Shown: positions 18,125 through 28,074 of the stretch, piece after piece
Layout of the letters: each line of letters opens with the position of its first letter
Position numbering within the stretch: the first letter of the stretch is position 1
Assembly: GCA_965203355.1 (NCBI GenBank)
Contig: OZ241889.1
Coordinates: 480,001-544,000 of the forward strand
Source: Candidatus Latescibacterota bacterium
GTDB lineage: Bacteria; Latescibacterota; UBA2968; UBA8231
DNA length: 64,000 nucleotides
Direction: 5' to 3'
The notes under the pieces: generated by a model
Told to the model about the DNA's origin: nothing
Seen by the model: the letters and a program-made list of their open reading frames with translations, nothing else
Database searches by the model: none
Translations under genes and position numbers: made by a program

Positions 18125-19368
18125 TGCTGTTCCGTGCGGCTCTCGGCACGGTCTGGACTTTGGCCTTGGTCTTTGCCGTTGAGGCACGGGTCGGAATCGA
18201 GATTGACCGCGAGTTCTCTGGGCGTTTGAACGTCGAAAGCCGATGGTTCCCCGAAGCCGGTGCCCATCCCGGCCAGCGCTCCCATGCGAGCGGCTTTGTT
18301 GCAGCGCCCAAACTCTACCTCGAAGACGCCGCGGGTAGAAGCCTCACTTTAGCACCGTTCTTTCGCTACGACAACGCGGACTCACGTCGCACCCATGCCG
18401 ATTTGCGCGAAGCCTATCTGCTGCTATTCGGCGAAATTGGCGAGGGCGAATGGGAACTGCGCGTGGGCGTCGATCAGGTGTTCTGGGGCGTCACCGAATC
18501 GCAGCACTTGGTCGATATCGTCAACCAAGTCGATTTCGTCGAACATCCGGCCGGAGAGGCCAAGCTGGGGCAACCCATGGTCCAGCTCACTTGGTCTAGT
18601 GATTGGGGAGTGATGGAAATACTGGGCCTGCCCTACCATCGCCCTCGCACCTTTCCGGGCCGAGCGGGCCGTCTGCGCCTGCCGCTCGTGATAGAAGCCG
18701 AGCATGTCGAGTACGAGAGCGAGGCCAAGGAGCGGCACGTGGATCTCGCCGCCCGCTACAGTCGCAGTTTTGGACTCGTCGACATAGGGGTGAGCGCATT
18801 CAACGGCACCAGCCGGGAGCCTGCTCTGAAGCCACGTAGCGGCCCGTCGGTCTTGGGTCAGTACTACGCGCAGATCCGCCAGTTTGGACTGGATGCCCAG
18901 CTAACGGTCGGCTCTTGGTTGTTCAAGCTGGAGGCCATTCAGCGCACCGGGGCCCGCAACCTGGTCGGCCTAGAAGAGGACTACATCGCTGCCGTTTTTG
19001 GCGGCGAGTACACGGTCTATTCCGCATTTGGCTCGGCTGCCGATCTCAGTTTGCTCGGCGAATGGAATTACGATGGGCGCGGTCGCAATGCCACTCCAAG
19101 TCGCTCGCCGAACACGCTCGAAAACGATCTCTTCGGCGCCGCTCGCCTTGCGTTTAACGATGTTCAGAGCAGTGAAATTACCGCTAGTATGCTGGGGGAT
19201 GTGGGCCGGGCCACCCGCGCCCTGGCCGTCGCATTGAAGCGGCGCATCGCCGACCATTGGTCCGTGAACCTAGAGTCGATCTATCTCCTCAATATCGACC
19301 AAGCGGACATCCACTACGAGACCCGACGCGACAGCTTCATTGACCTGAGCCTGATGTACAGTTTCTAG
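18121..19368 (+). CDS. Putative outer-membrane beta-barrel protein (partner of the MMPL/LolA-like module)
   Basis: Signal peptide, DLREAY, VGVDQVFWGVTES..LVDIVNQ, alternating beta pattern, C-terminal YSF. Confidence 0.72.
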   Translation: MMLFRAALGTVWTLALVFAVEARVGIEIDREFSGRLNVESRWFPEAGAHPGQRSHASGFVAAPKLYLEDAAGRSLTLAPFFRYDNADSRRTHADLREAYLLLFGEIGEGEWELRVGVDQVFWGVTESQHLVDIVNQVDFVEHPAGEAKLGQPMVQLTWSSDWGVMEILGLPYHRPRTFPGRAGRLRLPLVIEAEHVEYESEAKERHVDLAARYSRSFGLVDIGVSAFNGTSREPALKPRSGPSVLGQYYAQIRQFGLDAQLTVGSWLFKLEAIQRTGARNLVGLEEDYIAAVFGGEYTVYSAFGSAADLSLLGEWNYDGRGRNATPSRSPNTLENDLFGAARLAFNDVQSSEITASMLGDVGRATRALAVALKRRIADHWSVNLESIYLLNIDQADIHYETRRDSFIDLSLMYSF

Positions 19369-19399
19369 CCCGTCGGATAAGGCGGAGCGTTTGGGGTTG

Positions 19400-19520
19400 C
19401 CGGTAGCGCAGGCAGAGAGCGGCGAGAACGGTATCGGCCTGGTCCTTGGCGATGGCTAAGGTCTGACGGCCGAGTTTTTCAATTCGCGCACAAGTATCAG
19501 CAGTGTTAGTCCGCACCGGC
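19400..19520 (-). pseudogene. Possible short-chain dehydrogenase gene remnant
   Basis: Minus strand translates TADTCARIEKLGRQTLAIAKDQAD, resembling the SDR helix 'ETAAEIEALGRRALAVxxDV'; no full ORF. Confidence 0.3.
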
Positions 19521-19571
19521 TCCGGCGAGGACCCCGCCCAATGGTCGAGGAGGATTTATCGATCCGTGCCG

Positions 19572-20708
19572 CTACATAGCCGACGGGGTGAGCCGCATCC
19601 CCGAGTGCCTTTCAATCCCTTCGTCACTCCAAACGACACCCAAACCAGGCTGGTCGGAGATGGTCAGGAAGCCTTCTTCGTCGAGGGAAAAAGACCCGCT
19701 GACGAGATCCTCAATGTAAGGGGACGGAGTGATGTATTCTACCCAACGGGCGGTCGGCACCGCCGCCACTAGCTGCAAGTCGGCCGCTAATCCGATGGCG
19801 GTGTTCCAGCCATGGGGGACGAAGAGAATCGAATGATCGTAAGCCGACATCGCGATGCGGAACTCCTCGGTGAGGCCACCGACCTTGGTGACGTCGGGTT
19901 GGACGTAGTCAACCGCACGGCGCTCGATCCACGGCATAAAGGACTGTCGGCGCGTCAGCACCTCGCAGCCCGTAATCGGCAAGGGCGCGTGCTCGGTGAG
20001 TTTGATGTACCCTTCCATATCGTCGGGGCGCAGGGCCTCCTCAAACCAAGTGACATCGTAATCGGCGAGCATGCGGGCGGTTTCGATTGCCCATTTGTAG
20101 CCGTGCGGCCAGTACTGGTCCGAGCCGCCGGCATCAACCATTAGCTCGACATCCGAGCCAACGGTTTCGCGCGCGGCTCGGACGATGCTTTCGTCGAGCG
20201 TTTTCGACACGCGGCCAAAGGGACCCCAGCCCATCTTTATCGCGCGAAATCCCCGGTCCATCGCGGCTTGCAGCCTCGGTATCAATTCGTCTGGCTCGGC
20301 CATGATGAGCGATCCATACGGCTTGACGCGCTCCCGGTACCGCCCGCCCAACAAGCGCGAGATAGGTTGAGACGTGATCTTGCCAAACAGGTCCCACAAG
20401 GCAATGTCAATGCCGGAAATGGCGTGCGTGACGGCACCACCTCGGCCCTGCCAAAAGGTGGCCTGATGCAGTTTCTCAGCGACCCGCGCCGGCTCAATGG
20501 ACTCTCCAATCAGCATGGGGTGCAGCAGCGCGAGCGAACCTGACACTAAGCGGGTGGAGGTAAAAACGGACCCCAGACCGGTCACTCCCTCGTCGGTGAT
20601 GATCTCCACGATCGTGTGCAGGTTGTCGCCGGGATCGCACCCCTGCTCCCAGCCACCGTCGGGCGTGGCACCCATCAAGGGTATCGCGCGAATATCTGCT
20701 ATCTTCAT
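19572..20708 (-). CDS. Mandelate racemase/muconate lactonizing enzyme family (enolase superfamily) protein
   Basis: MKIADIRAIPL, AISGIDIALWDL, KMGWG, LMVDAG, WFEEAL, QPDVTKVGG, PHGWNT. Confidence 0.9.
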   Translation of the reverse strand: MKIADIRAIPLMGATPDGGWEQGCDPGDNLHTIVEIITDEGVTGLGSVFTSTRLVSGSLALLHPMLIGESIEPARVAEKLHQATFWQGRGGAVTHAISGIDIALWDLFGKITSQPISRLLGGRYRERVKPYGSLIMAEPDELIPRLQAAMDRGFRAIKMGWGPFGRVSKTLDESIVRAARETVGSDVELMVDAGGSDQYWPHGYKWAIETARMLADYDVTWFEEALRPDDMEGYIKLTEHAPLPITGCEVLTRRQSFMPWIERRAVDYVQPDVTKVGGLTEEFRIAMSAYDHSILFVPHGWNTAIGLAADLQLVAAVPTARWVEYITPSPYIEDLVSGSFSLDEEGFLTISDQPGLGVVWSDEGIERHSGMRLTPSAM

Positions 20709-21121
20709 CGCTGGACCAGTTCGATGAGGATCCCGTCGGGGTCCAATGCACAGACAACGCCCGGCGTATCTGGAGCGGCCATAGGCTCGGACAGGAATTC
20801 CACGCCTTTGGCTTTCAGCGCGGCGCACTCGGCCTTCGCGTCGGCAACGAAAAAAGTGAGCCAGCGCACTCCAGCGGCAAATTGGGACGTCCGCGGCGGC
20901 GGCGGCGAAGCGATCTCCATCAGCTTGATCAGCGTCTCGCCCGCCCGTAGGCGCACCTGCCTGAAGCCTTGCGGTGCCAGCCCGACCCCCGTGGCTAGGT
21001 CTTCGGGAATGTCGATGTCGAGTACCACCTCGAATCCCAGTTTGTCGCGGTAGAACGCCAACGACTCTTCAAAATTGCTGCACACTATGCACAGGTCGAC
21101 GACCGGATGCGAGAGTTTCAT
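20705..21121 (-). CDS. VOC/glyoxalase family protein
   Basis: SLAFYRDKLGF, DPDGILIELVQ. Confidence 0.88.
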   Translation of the reverse strand: MKLSHPVVDLCIVCSNFEESLAFYRDKLGFEVVLDIDIPEDLATGVGLAPQGFRQVRLRAGETLIKLMEIASPPPPRTSQFAAGVRWLTFFVADAKAECAALKAKGVEFLSEPMAAPDTPGVVCALDPDGILIELVQR

Positions 21122-21173
21122 AGTAATCTCCGGAGGAATAAAGTGGAAGACGAGTTAAGCGGATCGCCGCAAA

Positions 21174-21917
21174 CTAATCCACATCCACATCGAGGATATA
21201 GCGCGCCGCTGGCGGGATGCGCTTCCAAGTCTCGTAGCGCAGGTACTCGCGCTGGTTGAGCTGCTGGCCGTGCTCGCGGGCGGTAAAGTAGCAGTGCATG
21301 GCGCGGCGGGGCAGGTCCTTGCTCTGGTTGCGGGTGCCGCCGTGCCACGTGTGGCTGTTGAAGACGGCAACCGCGCCAGCCGGGGCAATGAGCCGCTCTT
21401 CGTCGGCCAAAACATGGCGCGGGTGCTGGCCTTTATGCGAGCCGGGCACCAGCCGAGTGCAGCCGTTTTCCTCGCTGAAGTTGTCCAGCAGCCAGATCGA
21501 GTTGCAGACGTGAAACTGGCCGTCGCAATCTGCTCCCCAGTCGGCGTGCAACCCCTGTAATCCCGCGCCGGGCAAGGCGTCGCGGGCATTGAGCGAGGAG
21601 AGCTTGAAGGAGCGGCCGATGACGTGGTGGACGGCGGCCAGCACTTTGGGGTGAGTATATACGCGGTCGAACACCGCCCCTTTGTTGCAGAGGTCGGCGA
21701 GGCGGCGCGTACCCGGCTCCTGATGGACTTCAATACCGGCGTGGACCCCTTCTTTTTCGCACAGTTCCTCAAAGCGGGTGCGCAGTGCCGCGAGCCACTC
21801 GTCGTCGATGATATCCAGAAGCACGGTGTACCCCTTGTCGTCGAGGTCGCTTCTGTTTTGCTCAGTCAGTACGCCTCGGTGGGCACCCAAGGCGTCCAAT
21901 GCGCGTACGATATCCAT
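21174..21917 (-). CDS. Phytanoyl-CoA dioxygenase (PhyH) family protein
   Basis: LHADW (HxD), WLLDNFSEENGCTRLVPGSH, TWHGG...R. Confidence 0.88.
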   Translation of the reverse strand: MDIVRALDALGAHRGVLTEQNRSDLDDKGYTVLLDIIDDEWLAALRTRFEELCEKEGVHAGIEVHQEPGTRRLADLCNKGAVFDRVYTHPKVLAAVHHVIGRSFKLSSLNARDALPGAGLQGLHADWGADCDGQFHVCNSIWLLDNFSEENGCTRLVPGSHKGQHPRHVLADEERLIAPAGAVAVFNSHTWHGGTRNQSKDLPRRAMHCYFTAREHGQQLNQREYLRYETWKRIPPAARYILDVDVD

Positions 21918-21921
21918 TCTT

Positions 21922-22755
21922 CTATTGCTCCGCTTCCGTTTCAACGAGCGCCTTGAGCGGCACGTCTTCGTCCCGGGGCAAGTAGTAGCTCAAGGGATCG
22001 CCGACGACGCCGATGAGCTGTCTTTGGATCGGATTGCAGCGGGCGACGAGTTCGTCGGGCATGGCGATATAATCCATGGGTTTGACCCAGCGGTAACCGT
22101 AGCCAAAGAACGCGGTTTTGCGCGGGAAGCCTGCCCAGTTGTGGCCGATGGAGTGATAGGTGCGCTGCTCAAACAGGAAGGCCGAGCCAGCGCGGATATT
22201 CATCGCCTGTGCGCCGTATGGCAGACCAGTCTTGGGGTCCGTGGCCGGGCGTCCGAGCAGGCGGTTGGAACCGGGCGCGATCCAAGTCGCCCCCGAAGCC
22301 GGAGCGGTCTGGTCGCTGAGGGCATAGGCGATCTTTAGCAAAATGCGCGGGTGTGGCTCGCTCATCTCGCGGGACGAGGTGCCGCCATCGCGGTGCCAGC
22401 CGAGCTTGTTTTTTTCGCCGGCAGCCGGCTCGTCGCCCGAGGGCAGGACGATCAAGTGCGAGGTCAGCATTTGGATATTCCAGCCGAGAAGCTGCCACGC
22501 CAGCGGAACCGTGGCGGGCCAGTCGAGGAGCTGGAGGAAAGCGGGGTGCTCAACGATGCAGTTGCGCATGTTGAGCTTGCCGCCCTTTTCTAGCCGACCA
22601 GCGTCGGCATCGCGTGCATAGAGCGCATCCGCGGCCGCGTTGAGCTCAGCGAGTGTATCGGGAGGCAGGACATCTTCGACGAGGAGATAGCCTTGCTGTT
22701 CAAAGAATGCTTGGTTTTCCGGGGTGAGGACCGCTTGGGCCAGAGGTAGAGTCAT
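21922..22755 (-). CDS. Phytanoyl-CoA dioxygenase (PhyH) family protein
   Basis: FFEQQGYL, WHRDG, GATWIAPGSN, YHSIGHN...RK. Confidence 0.87.
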   Translation of the reverse strand: MTLPLAQAVLTPENQAFFEQQGYLLVEDVLPPDTLAELNAAADALYARDADAGRLEKGGKLNMRNCIVEHPAFLQLLDWPATVPLAWQLLGWNIQMLTSHLIVLPSGDEPAAGEKNKLGWHRDGGTSSREMSEPHPRILLKIAYALSDQTAPASGATWIAPGSNRLLGRPATDPKTGLPYGAQAMNIRAGSAFLFEQRTYHSIGHNWAGFPRKTAFFGYGYRWVKPMDYIAMPDELVARCNPIQRQLIGVVGDPLSYYLPRDEDVPLKALVETEAEQ

Positions 22756-22820
22756 AGGTACAAAATTAAAGGGCATTTTTCGTTTGACAACAGTTCAGAC
22801 AAGCAACCCCAAAACGAACC

Positions 22821-23156
22821 GTGCAAACTTCTTGCCCGGTGCGTTACGTAGATTATTTTCTAGCCGAATACCACGACGTTTTGCGTCGCGACGCTTTCCG
22901 GGCGTACTTCTCCGAGCAAGATCGGGAAGTCATATTGGACTACCTCGACGACAACGCGCTGCATATCGCCAGTCGCTTCGTCGTACTTTGCCTGCCGGAT
23001 TCAGGTGATGTGCCGTTTTTGGCAGCAGCCCTATCGGAGGAGGTGCCCTTGGTGACGGGCAATGCGAAGCATTATCCTTTAGAAAAGCGGGGCACTTGCC
23101 AAGTGCTTAGCCCGAAAGAATTCCTGCATAGGTACTTTTCGCATCCATCGGTATGA
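22821..23156 (+). pseudogene. 5'-truncated PIN-domain toxin (PIN_3-like)
   Basis: LAEYHDVLRR, LPDSGDVPFLAAA, LVTGNAKHYP, VLSPKEFL; lacks the N-terminal VLDTNV motif and an antitoxin. Confidence 0.7.
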
Positions 23157-23240
23157 GGCACATGGAGTTGGCCGAAAAATGAAAGAGAAACTGCGCGAGG
23201 ATTTGGACAAGCGCAAAATCCACCAGATTCTGCCTGACGT

Positions 23241-24455
23241 ATGACCGCACTCGACGGCATCCGCGTCCTCGACTTCACCCAAGTCATCTTCGGCCCAGCC
23301 GCCACCCAAGTTTTGGCCGATCACGGCGCCGAAGTCATCAAGGTAGAGCGACCCGGCGGCGACCTAGCCCGCGCCTTTGGGCCATGGATAAAGGAGCAAA
23401 GCCTGCCCTTTGCCAGCCTCAACCGCGCCAAAAAGAGCTTGGTCATCAATCTCAAGAAGCCTGCGGGATTGAGCGTTGTCCATCGCCTGTTAGCAAACAC
23501 AGACGTGCTAGTACACAACTTCCGCTCTGGCTCCGTCATGGCCAAGCTGGGGCTGGATTACGCGGCCCTGCGGGAGCCGTACCCACGGCTTATCTACGCC
23601 GTTGGTTCGGGCTATGGTTCCCAAGGTCCGTACAGCGAGCGCAACAAGGGCGGCCACGAGTCCATGGCCCAGGCACTGAGCGGCGTGGCGACCCGCTTTG
23701 TCGGCCCCCACGGCACCCCTCAGCGCCTGCCCTATACGATTGCCGATTTCAACGGCGGCATGTTGTTGGCGCAGGGCATTCTCCTCGCGCTATTGGCCCG
23801 CGAGCGCACCGGCACTGGTCAATACGTGGAAACCTCGCTCCTCGACGGCATGATGAGTATGCAGGCTTGGGCGACGACTAAAATCCTCAATCTCGGCGAC
23901 GACGGGGAAGACGATGGCTCGGGAGGCGCGACGCATCCACGCGGCAACCCGCTCGACGGCGCGGTGTTCAAGACAGCCGATGGGTTCTTGATGGTCACTG
24001 CGCTTTTCCGTCCCTTTGACCAACTATTGCGCGATTTGCAGGAGGCCCTAGCGATTGACGGGCTGGTCGGGGATCCGCGTTTTGCCACGCTCGCCGAGGC
24101 CGTAGAGAACCGCACGGCCCTGCGGGAACGGCTAGCGCCGATCTTTGCACAGAAAACAAACGCCGAGTGGATTCCGCTGCTAGAGGCCAAGGACATCCTC
24201 GTCGCACCGGTGCGCTCGACCGCCGAGGCCCTAGTCGATCCTCAACTCGAGGTCAACGAGTTGCTCGTCGAAGTCCAACATCCGCAAGTGGGTGCCATGC
24301 GCCACGTCGGAACGCCCCTGCGGCTAGCCGGGACGCCAGCCCCCGCACCGACAGCCGCCCCCTTGCCCGGGGAACACACCGAGGTTGTGCTGCGCGAGGC
24401 TGGGTACGCGGACGCCGAGATCGCTGCGTTGCGCGCAAAGAAGGTCATTCTCTGA
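23241..24455 (+). CDS. CoA transferase family III (CaiB/BaiF)
   Basis: LDGIRVLDFT, LADHGAEVIKVERPGGD, LNRAKKSL, R.RTGTGQYVETSL, APLPGEHT. Confidence 0.93.
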   Translation: MTALDGIRVLDFTQVIFGPAATQVLADHGAEVIKVERPGGDLARAFGPWIKEQSLPFASLNRAKKSLVINLKKPAGLSVVHRLLANTDVLVHNFRSGSVMAKLGLDYAALREPYPRLIYAVGSGYGSQGPYSERNKGGHESMAQALSGVATRFVGPHGTPQRLPYTIADFNGGMLLAQGILLALLARERTGTGQYVETSLLDGMMSMQAWATTKILNLGDDGEDDGSGGATHPRGNPLDGAVFKTADGFLMVTALFRPFDQLLRDLQEALAIDGLVGDPRFATLAEAVENRTALRERLAPIFAQKTNAEWIPLLEAKDILVAPVRSTAEALVDPQLEVNELLVEVQHPQVGAMRHVGTPLRLAGTPAPAPTAAPLPGEHTEVVLREAGYADAEIAALRAKKVIL

Positions 24456-24474
24456 ATTATACTTAGGAGGTCCC

Positions 24475-25458
24475 ATGACTGACATCGTGCGCTATGGAGT
24501 ATTGGGCACCGCCCAAATTGCCCTCAACCGCCATCTGCCGGCCGCGCAAGCCATCGGCCACGCCGAAATCGCGGCCATATCGAGCAGAGACCAAGCCAAG
24601 GCCGAAGCAAGTGCGGCCCAACACGGCATTGCCAAGGCGTATGGCTCATACCAAGCCGTGTTGGACGATCCCGAAATCGACGCGATCATCAATCCCTTGC
24701 CCAATAGCATGCACTGCGAGTGGACGGTCAAGGCGGCGCAGGCCGGCAAGCACATCCTCTGCGAAAAACCGCTCGCCGTTACTGTGGCGCAAGCGCGGCA
24801 GATGATCGACGCAGCCCGAGCCAACCGGGTGCTCTTAGTCGAGGCTTTCACCCACCGCCTCAACCCGCAGTTGCAATGCACGCGCCGACTAGTGCAGCAA
24901 GGAGAGGTCGGCGAAGTGAAACTAGCGCGGGCCGAGCTAACCTTTGGCATCCGCGATTGGGCCACCGACGTCCGGGCGCAAAAAAATCTGGGCGGCGGCG
25001 CACTTTTGGACGCGGGGTGCTACTGCGTCAGTGCCGTGCGCTTTGTGCTCAATGCCGAGCCGGTGGCCGCGCAGGCTTTTCAGCACGTGCGCCAGGGCGT
25101 GGACGCAACCTTGGCTGGGCTGTTGCGCTTTCCCGGCGACCACATCGCCTATGTCGCGGCCGGCATGGAGGGGCCGTTCCGCTGCGTGTTGGAGATCGTC
25201 GGCAGCCACGGCGCGATCCGCGTGCCCAACATGTTCGACGAGCAGGCCGCGGTCCACATCGCCATCGGCAATGACGAGCGCGTGGAGACTTTCTCTGGGC
25301 CGGATCGCTTTCAGGTCCAGCTAGCGCGCTTCTCTAACTGCATTCTCCAAGGCAAAGCACCCGAATTCCCGCCCGCAGACGGCCTCAAGAACGTGGCTAC
25401 ACTACAGGCCCTAAAGCAGGCTGCCGAATCGGGGGGCCTAGTCGAAGTGCCGTCTTGA
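24475..25458 (+). CDS. Gfo/Idh/MocA family oxidoreductase
   Basis: YGVLGTAQIA, AGKHILCEKP, GGGALLDAGCY; RBS AGGAGG. Confidence 0.92.
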   Translation: MTDIVRYGVLGTAQIALNRHLPAAQAIGHAEIAAISSRDQAKAEASAAQHGIAKAYGSYQAVLDDPEIDAIINPLPNSMHCEWTVKAAQAGKHILCEKPLAVTVAQARQMIDAARANRVLLVEAFTHRLNPQLQCTRRLVQQGEVGEVKLARAELTFGIRDWATDVRAQKNLGGGALLDAGCYCVSAVRFVLNAEPVAAQAFQHVRQGVDATLAGLLRFPGDHIAYVAAGMEGPFRCVLEIVGSHGAIRVPNMFDEQAAVHIAIGNDERVETFSGPDRFQVQLARFSNCILQGKAPEFPPADGLKNVATLQALKQAAESGGLVEVPS

Positions 25459-25546
25459 GCAATAGGCCCGCCACGCTCTCCCTCAACAAGCCACCGCTCA
25501 AGTAGGAAAGGCTCAGCGCAAACTTCAACGACGAGAAGGTACTGCT

Positions 25547-26428
25547 ATGGAAAAATTTGCCCCCTTGAACATGTCCCCAGCAGAGCTAATCGAGTACACG
25601 CCCGAGTGGGCGGGCGAGCGCTTTGCCGACGGCCGCCCCAAGGTCCCCGACGACATCCTCGAGCGCACGCGCAACGTCAGCATTACTCAAGCCTGGGGCG
25701 TCATGCGCGGCCCCGGCTACAACTGGCAGTACGAAGACGGCTGGATTTGTACGCACCCGGGCCAAGTGCTGGTGGGCCGCGCCCTGACAGCTATGTACAT
25801 GCCACGGCGGCCCGTCATGCGGCGGGTCATGGAAGAAAAAGGGGAACGAGCCGGCTGCATTGGCGACCAAATCTCGTGGCCCATTGATAGGCTGGTGCCC
25901 GGAGACGTGTACGTAGCCGACGTATTCGGCAAAATCGACCAAGGCGCGGTCATTGGCGACAATCTCGCCACGGCCATCTACGCCAATTCGGGCAACGGAG
26001 TGGTTCACGACGCGGCGGTCCGCGACATCGACGGCATCCAGGAACTACCCAACTTCACCAGTTTCGTGCGCGGCTTTCACCCCACCTTTGCCTCGCCCAC
26101 CATCATGCTGGCCGGGGTCAACTGTCCAATACGCATCGGCAGGGCCACGGTCATGCCCGGCGACGTAGTCCTCGGCCGCGATGATGGCGTCGTCTTCATA
26201 CCGCCTCATCTAGCCGAACAAGTGGTCAAGACCTCCGAGCTGATCGCGCTCCGCGACCGCTTTGGCAAGCAGCGTCTGGCCGAGGGCAAATACACGCCGG
26301 GCCAAATCGATACCCGTTGGTCTGATCCAATTGAAGAGGACTTCTCGCGCTGGTTGGAAAGTCACATCGACGAACTGCCCGTGCCGCGTGCCGCCATTCA
26401 AGAACTGCTCAAGGAGCGGACTTGGTAG
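25547..26428 (+). CDS. RraA-like / 4-hydroxy-4-methyl-2-oxoglutarate aldolase family protein
   Basis: GRALTA, IGDNLA, DAAVRD, TVMPGDVVLG..DGVVFIP. Confidence 0.82.
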   Translation: MEKFAPLNMSPAELIEYTPEWAGERFADGRPKVPDDILERTRNVSITQAWGVMRGPGYNWQYEDGWICTHPGQVLVGRALTAMYMPRRPVMRRVMEEKGERAGCIGDQISWPIDRLVPGDVYVADVFGKIDQGAVIGDNLATAIYANSGNGVVHDAAVRDIDGIQELPNFTSFVRGFHPTFASPTIMLAGVNCPIRIGRATVMPGDVVLGRDDGVVFIPPHLAEQVVKTSELIALRDRFGKQRLAEGKYTPGQIDTRWSDPIEEDFSRWLESHIDELPVPRAAIQELLKERTW

Positions 26429-27191
26429 GCTCGGGCGGCGGCTGGCCGACGACCAGTTTACCACCCTTGAGAAAAGGCTCGGCATTGCCCCAGAGTTTGC
26501 TGCCGTCGGCCGAGATCAGGGGCTCGCAGGAATACTGGGCCAAGTACACGCGGCGCATCTGCTCGGTGGCATTGGTGCCGCTGGAGTGAAAATTGACGCT
26601 GGTGAAAACGGCAATGCTGCCAGCCGGAGCGACGACCGAGACGCCGGGGTCGCGGCCGAAATAGCCGACCAAATCGTTGCTCCCTTCCTCGCGGACGTGC
26701 TTGACCCAAGTGCGAATGCCCGAGCGCGAAAAGGGCAGCAAGTGGACGGTGCCATTGGCCTCGGACATGTCGTCGAGGGCGCACCAACAGGTTAGATACG
26801 GCTTGTGATCCGGGTAGCCGACGTAGCCCGAGTCTTGGTGCCAAGAGAACTTCATGCCAGTCTCGGCACCTTTGACTACGTATTGCTCCCAGAACAAGTA
26901 GGCGTCGTCGCCCAAGGTGGCTTGGCATATTGCGGCCATTAGGGGGCTGAAGAGGAACTCGCGCAGGCGCGGCTGATCGCGGAAGCAATTGGCGACAAAG
27001 TAGCGGCTGTTGCGATGATTGAGACCCAGCGTATCCGTGCCCTCGGCGTCCATCCGGGCGTTGGCCTTGTCGATGAAGGCTTGGCACTCGCCGCGCAGGA
27101 GATCGAGGTGGTGGGCGGGGATCGCGTTTTCGAGGATGAAATAGCCCTCTTCTTTGAATTGCTGCTTTTGGGCGTCGGTGATCTGGTACAT
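26409..27191 (-). CDS. Phytanoyl-CoA dioxygenase (PhyH) family protein
   Basis: QFKEEGY, WHQDSGY, WCALDD, FHSSGTN...RR. Confidence 0.9.
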   Translation of the reverse strand: MYQITDAQKQQFKEEGYFILENAIPAHHLDLLRGECQAFIDKANARMDAEGTDTLGLNHRNSRYFVANCFRDQPRLREFLFSPLMAAICQATLGDDAYLFWEQYVVKGAETGMKFSWHQDSGYVGYPDHKPYLTCWCALDDMSEANGTVHLLPFSRSGIRTWVKHVREEGSNDLVGYFGRDPGVSVVAPAGSIAVFTSVNFHSSGTNATEQMRRVYLAQYSCEPLISADGSKLWGNAEPFLKGGKLVVGQPPPEPTKSAP

Positions 27192-27306
27192 GAATCGCTC
27201 CATCAATTGAAATTTAATGTGTAAATTGAGGCGATATACTGATATGTGCAAGCCTTGCACGCGAACAAAAAAATATAAAACTTGAAGAAACGTGGGTGCA
27301 TATAAA

Positions 27307-27930
27307 ATGGAAACCCCAGCAATACTCCAAGCACTAGAACTGACCTCTTGGTGGGAGGTGCCAGCGGTCGTCTTGGCCATTCTCTACTTAGTCCTGGCGG
27401 CACGGGAAAATATCTGGTGTTGGGCGGCGGCTTTCGCCAGCACCGCGATGTACATCTACGTCTTCTTCGATGTCAAGCTGTTCTTAGAATCGGCCCTACA
27501 GATTTACTACCTGGGCATGGCGGTTTATGGCTGGTACCAATGGCAGCATCCCTCCAATCAATCTGCAACGCTGCCCATTTCTACTTGGTCGCTCAAAAAG
27601 CACAGCGTGGTTATTGCTGCGACGGGTGCTATTGTGGTGCTGTCCGGGTATCTTTTGCGCGAAAATACAACGGCGGCCTTGCCGTATGTCGATGCCTTCA
27701 CCACTTGGTATGCGGTGGTAACGACCTATATGGTGGCAAAGAAGATTTTGGAGAATTGGGCGTACTGGTTTGTCATCGACAGCGTGTCGGTGTATCTCTA
27801 CTATAGCCGAGGGCTCTATCTGACCGCTCTGTTGTTTATCGCCTATTTGGTTATTATTGTCTTTGGCTATTTAAGATGGAAAAGAGAGTACGATCAGCAA
27901 CCCGGCCCGCAAAGGAGTTCCATGTTGTAA
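27307..27930 (+). CDS. pnuC: PnuC-family nicotinamide riboside/vitamin transporter
   Basis: RENIWCW, LQIYY..MAVYGWYQW, PYVDAFTT, KILENWAYWFVID. Confidence 0.9.
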   Translation: METPAILQALELTSWWEVPAVVLAILYLVLAARENIWCWAAAFASTAMYIYVFFDVKLFLESALQIYYLGMAVYGWYQWQHPSNQSATLPISTWSLKKHSVVIAATGAIVVLSGYLLRENTTAALPYVDAFTTWYAVVTTYMVAKKILENWAYWFVIDSVSVYLYYSRGLYLTALLFIAYLVIIVFGYLRWKREYDQQPGPQRSSML

Positions 27931-28074
27931 GAAGCGTTTTTAAAATTATGCTTGTTGTTTTTTGATGCCCAAAAAGCCTAGTAGTACTGGAGTCTTGCCC
28001 GCGGAAAACGCCCGATCCAGGAACCGCTCGACGGCCCGTTGAACTAGTCCGACGAGAATCTTAAAAAGGCTTCT

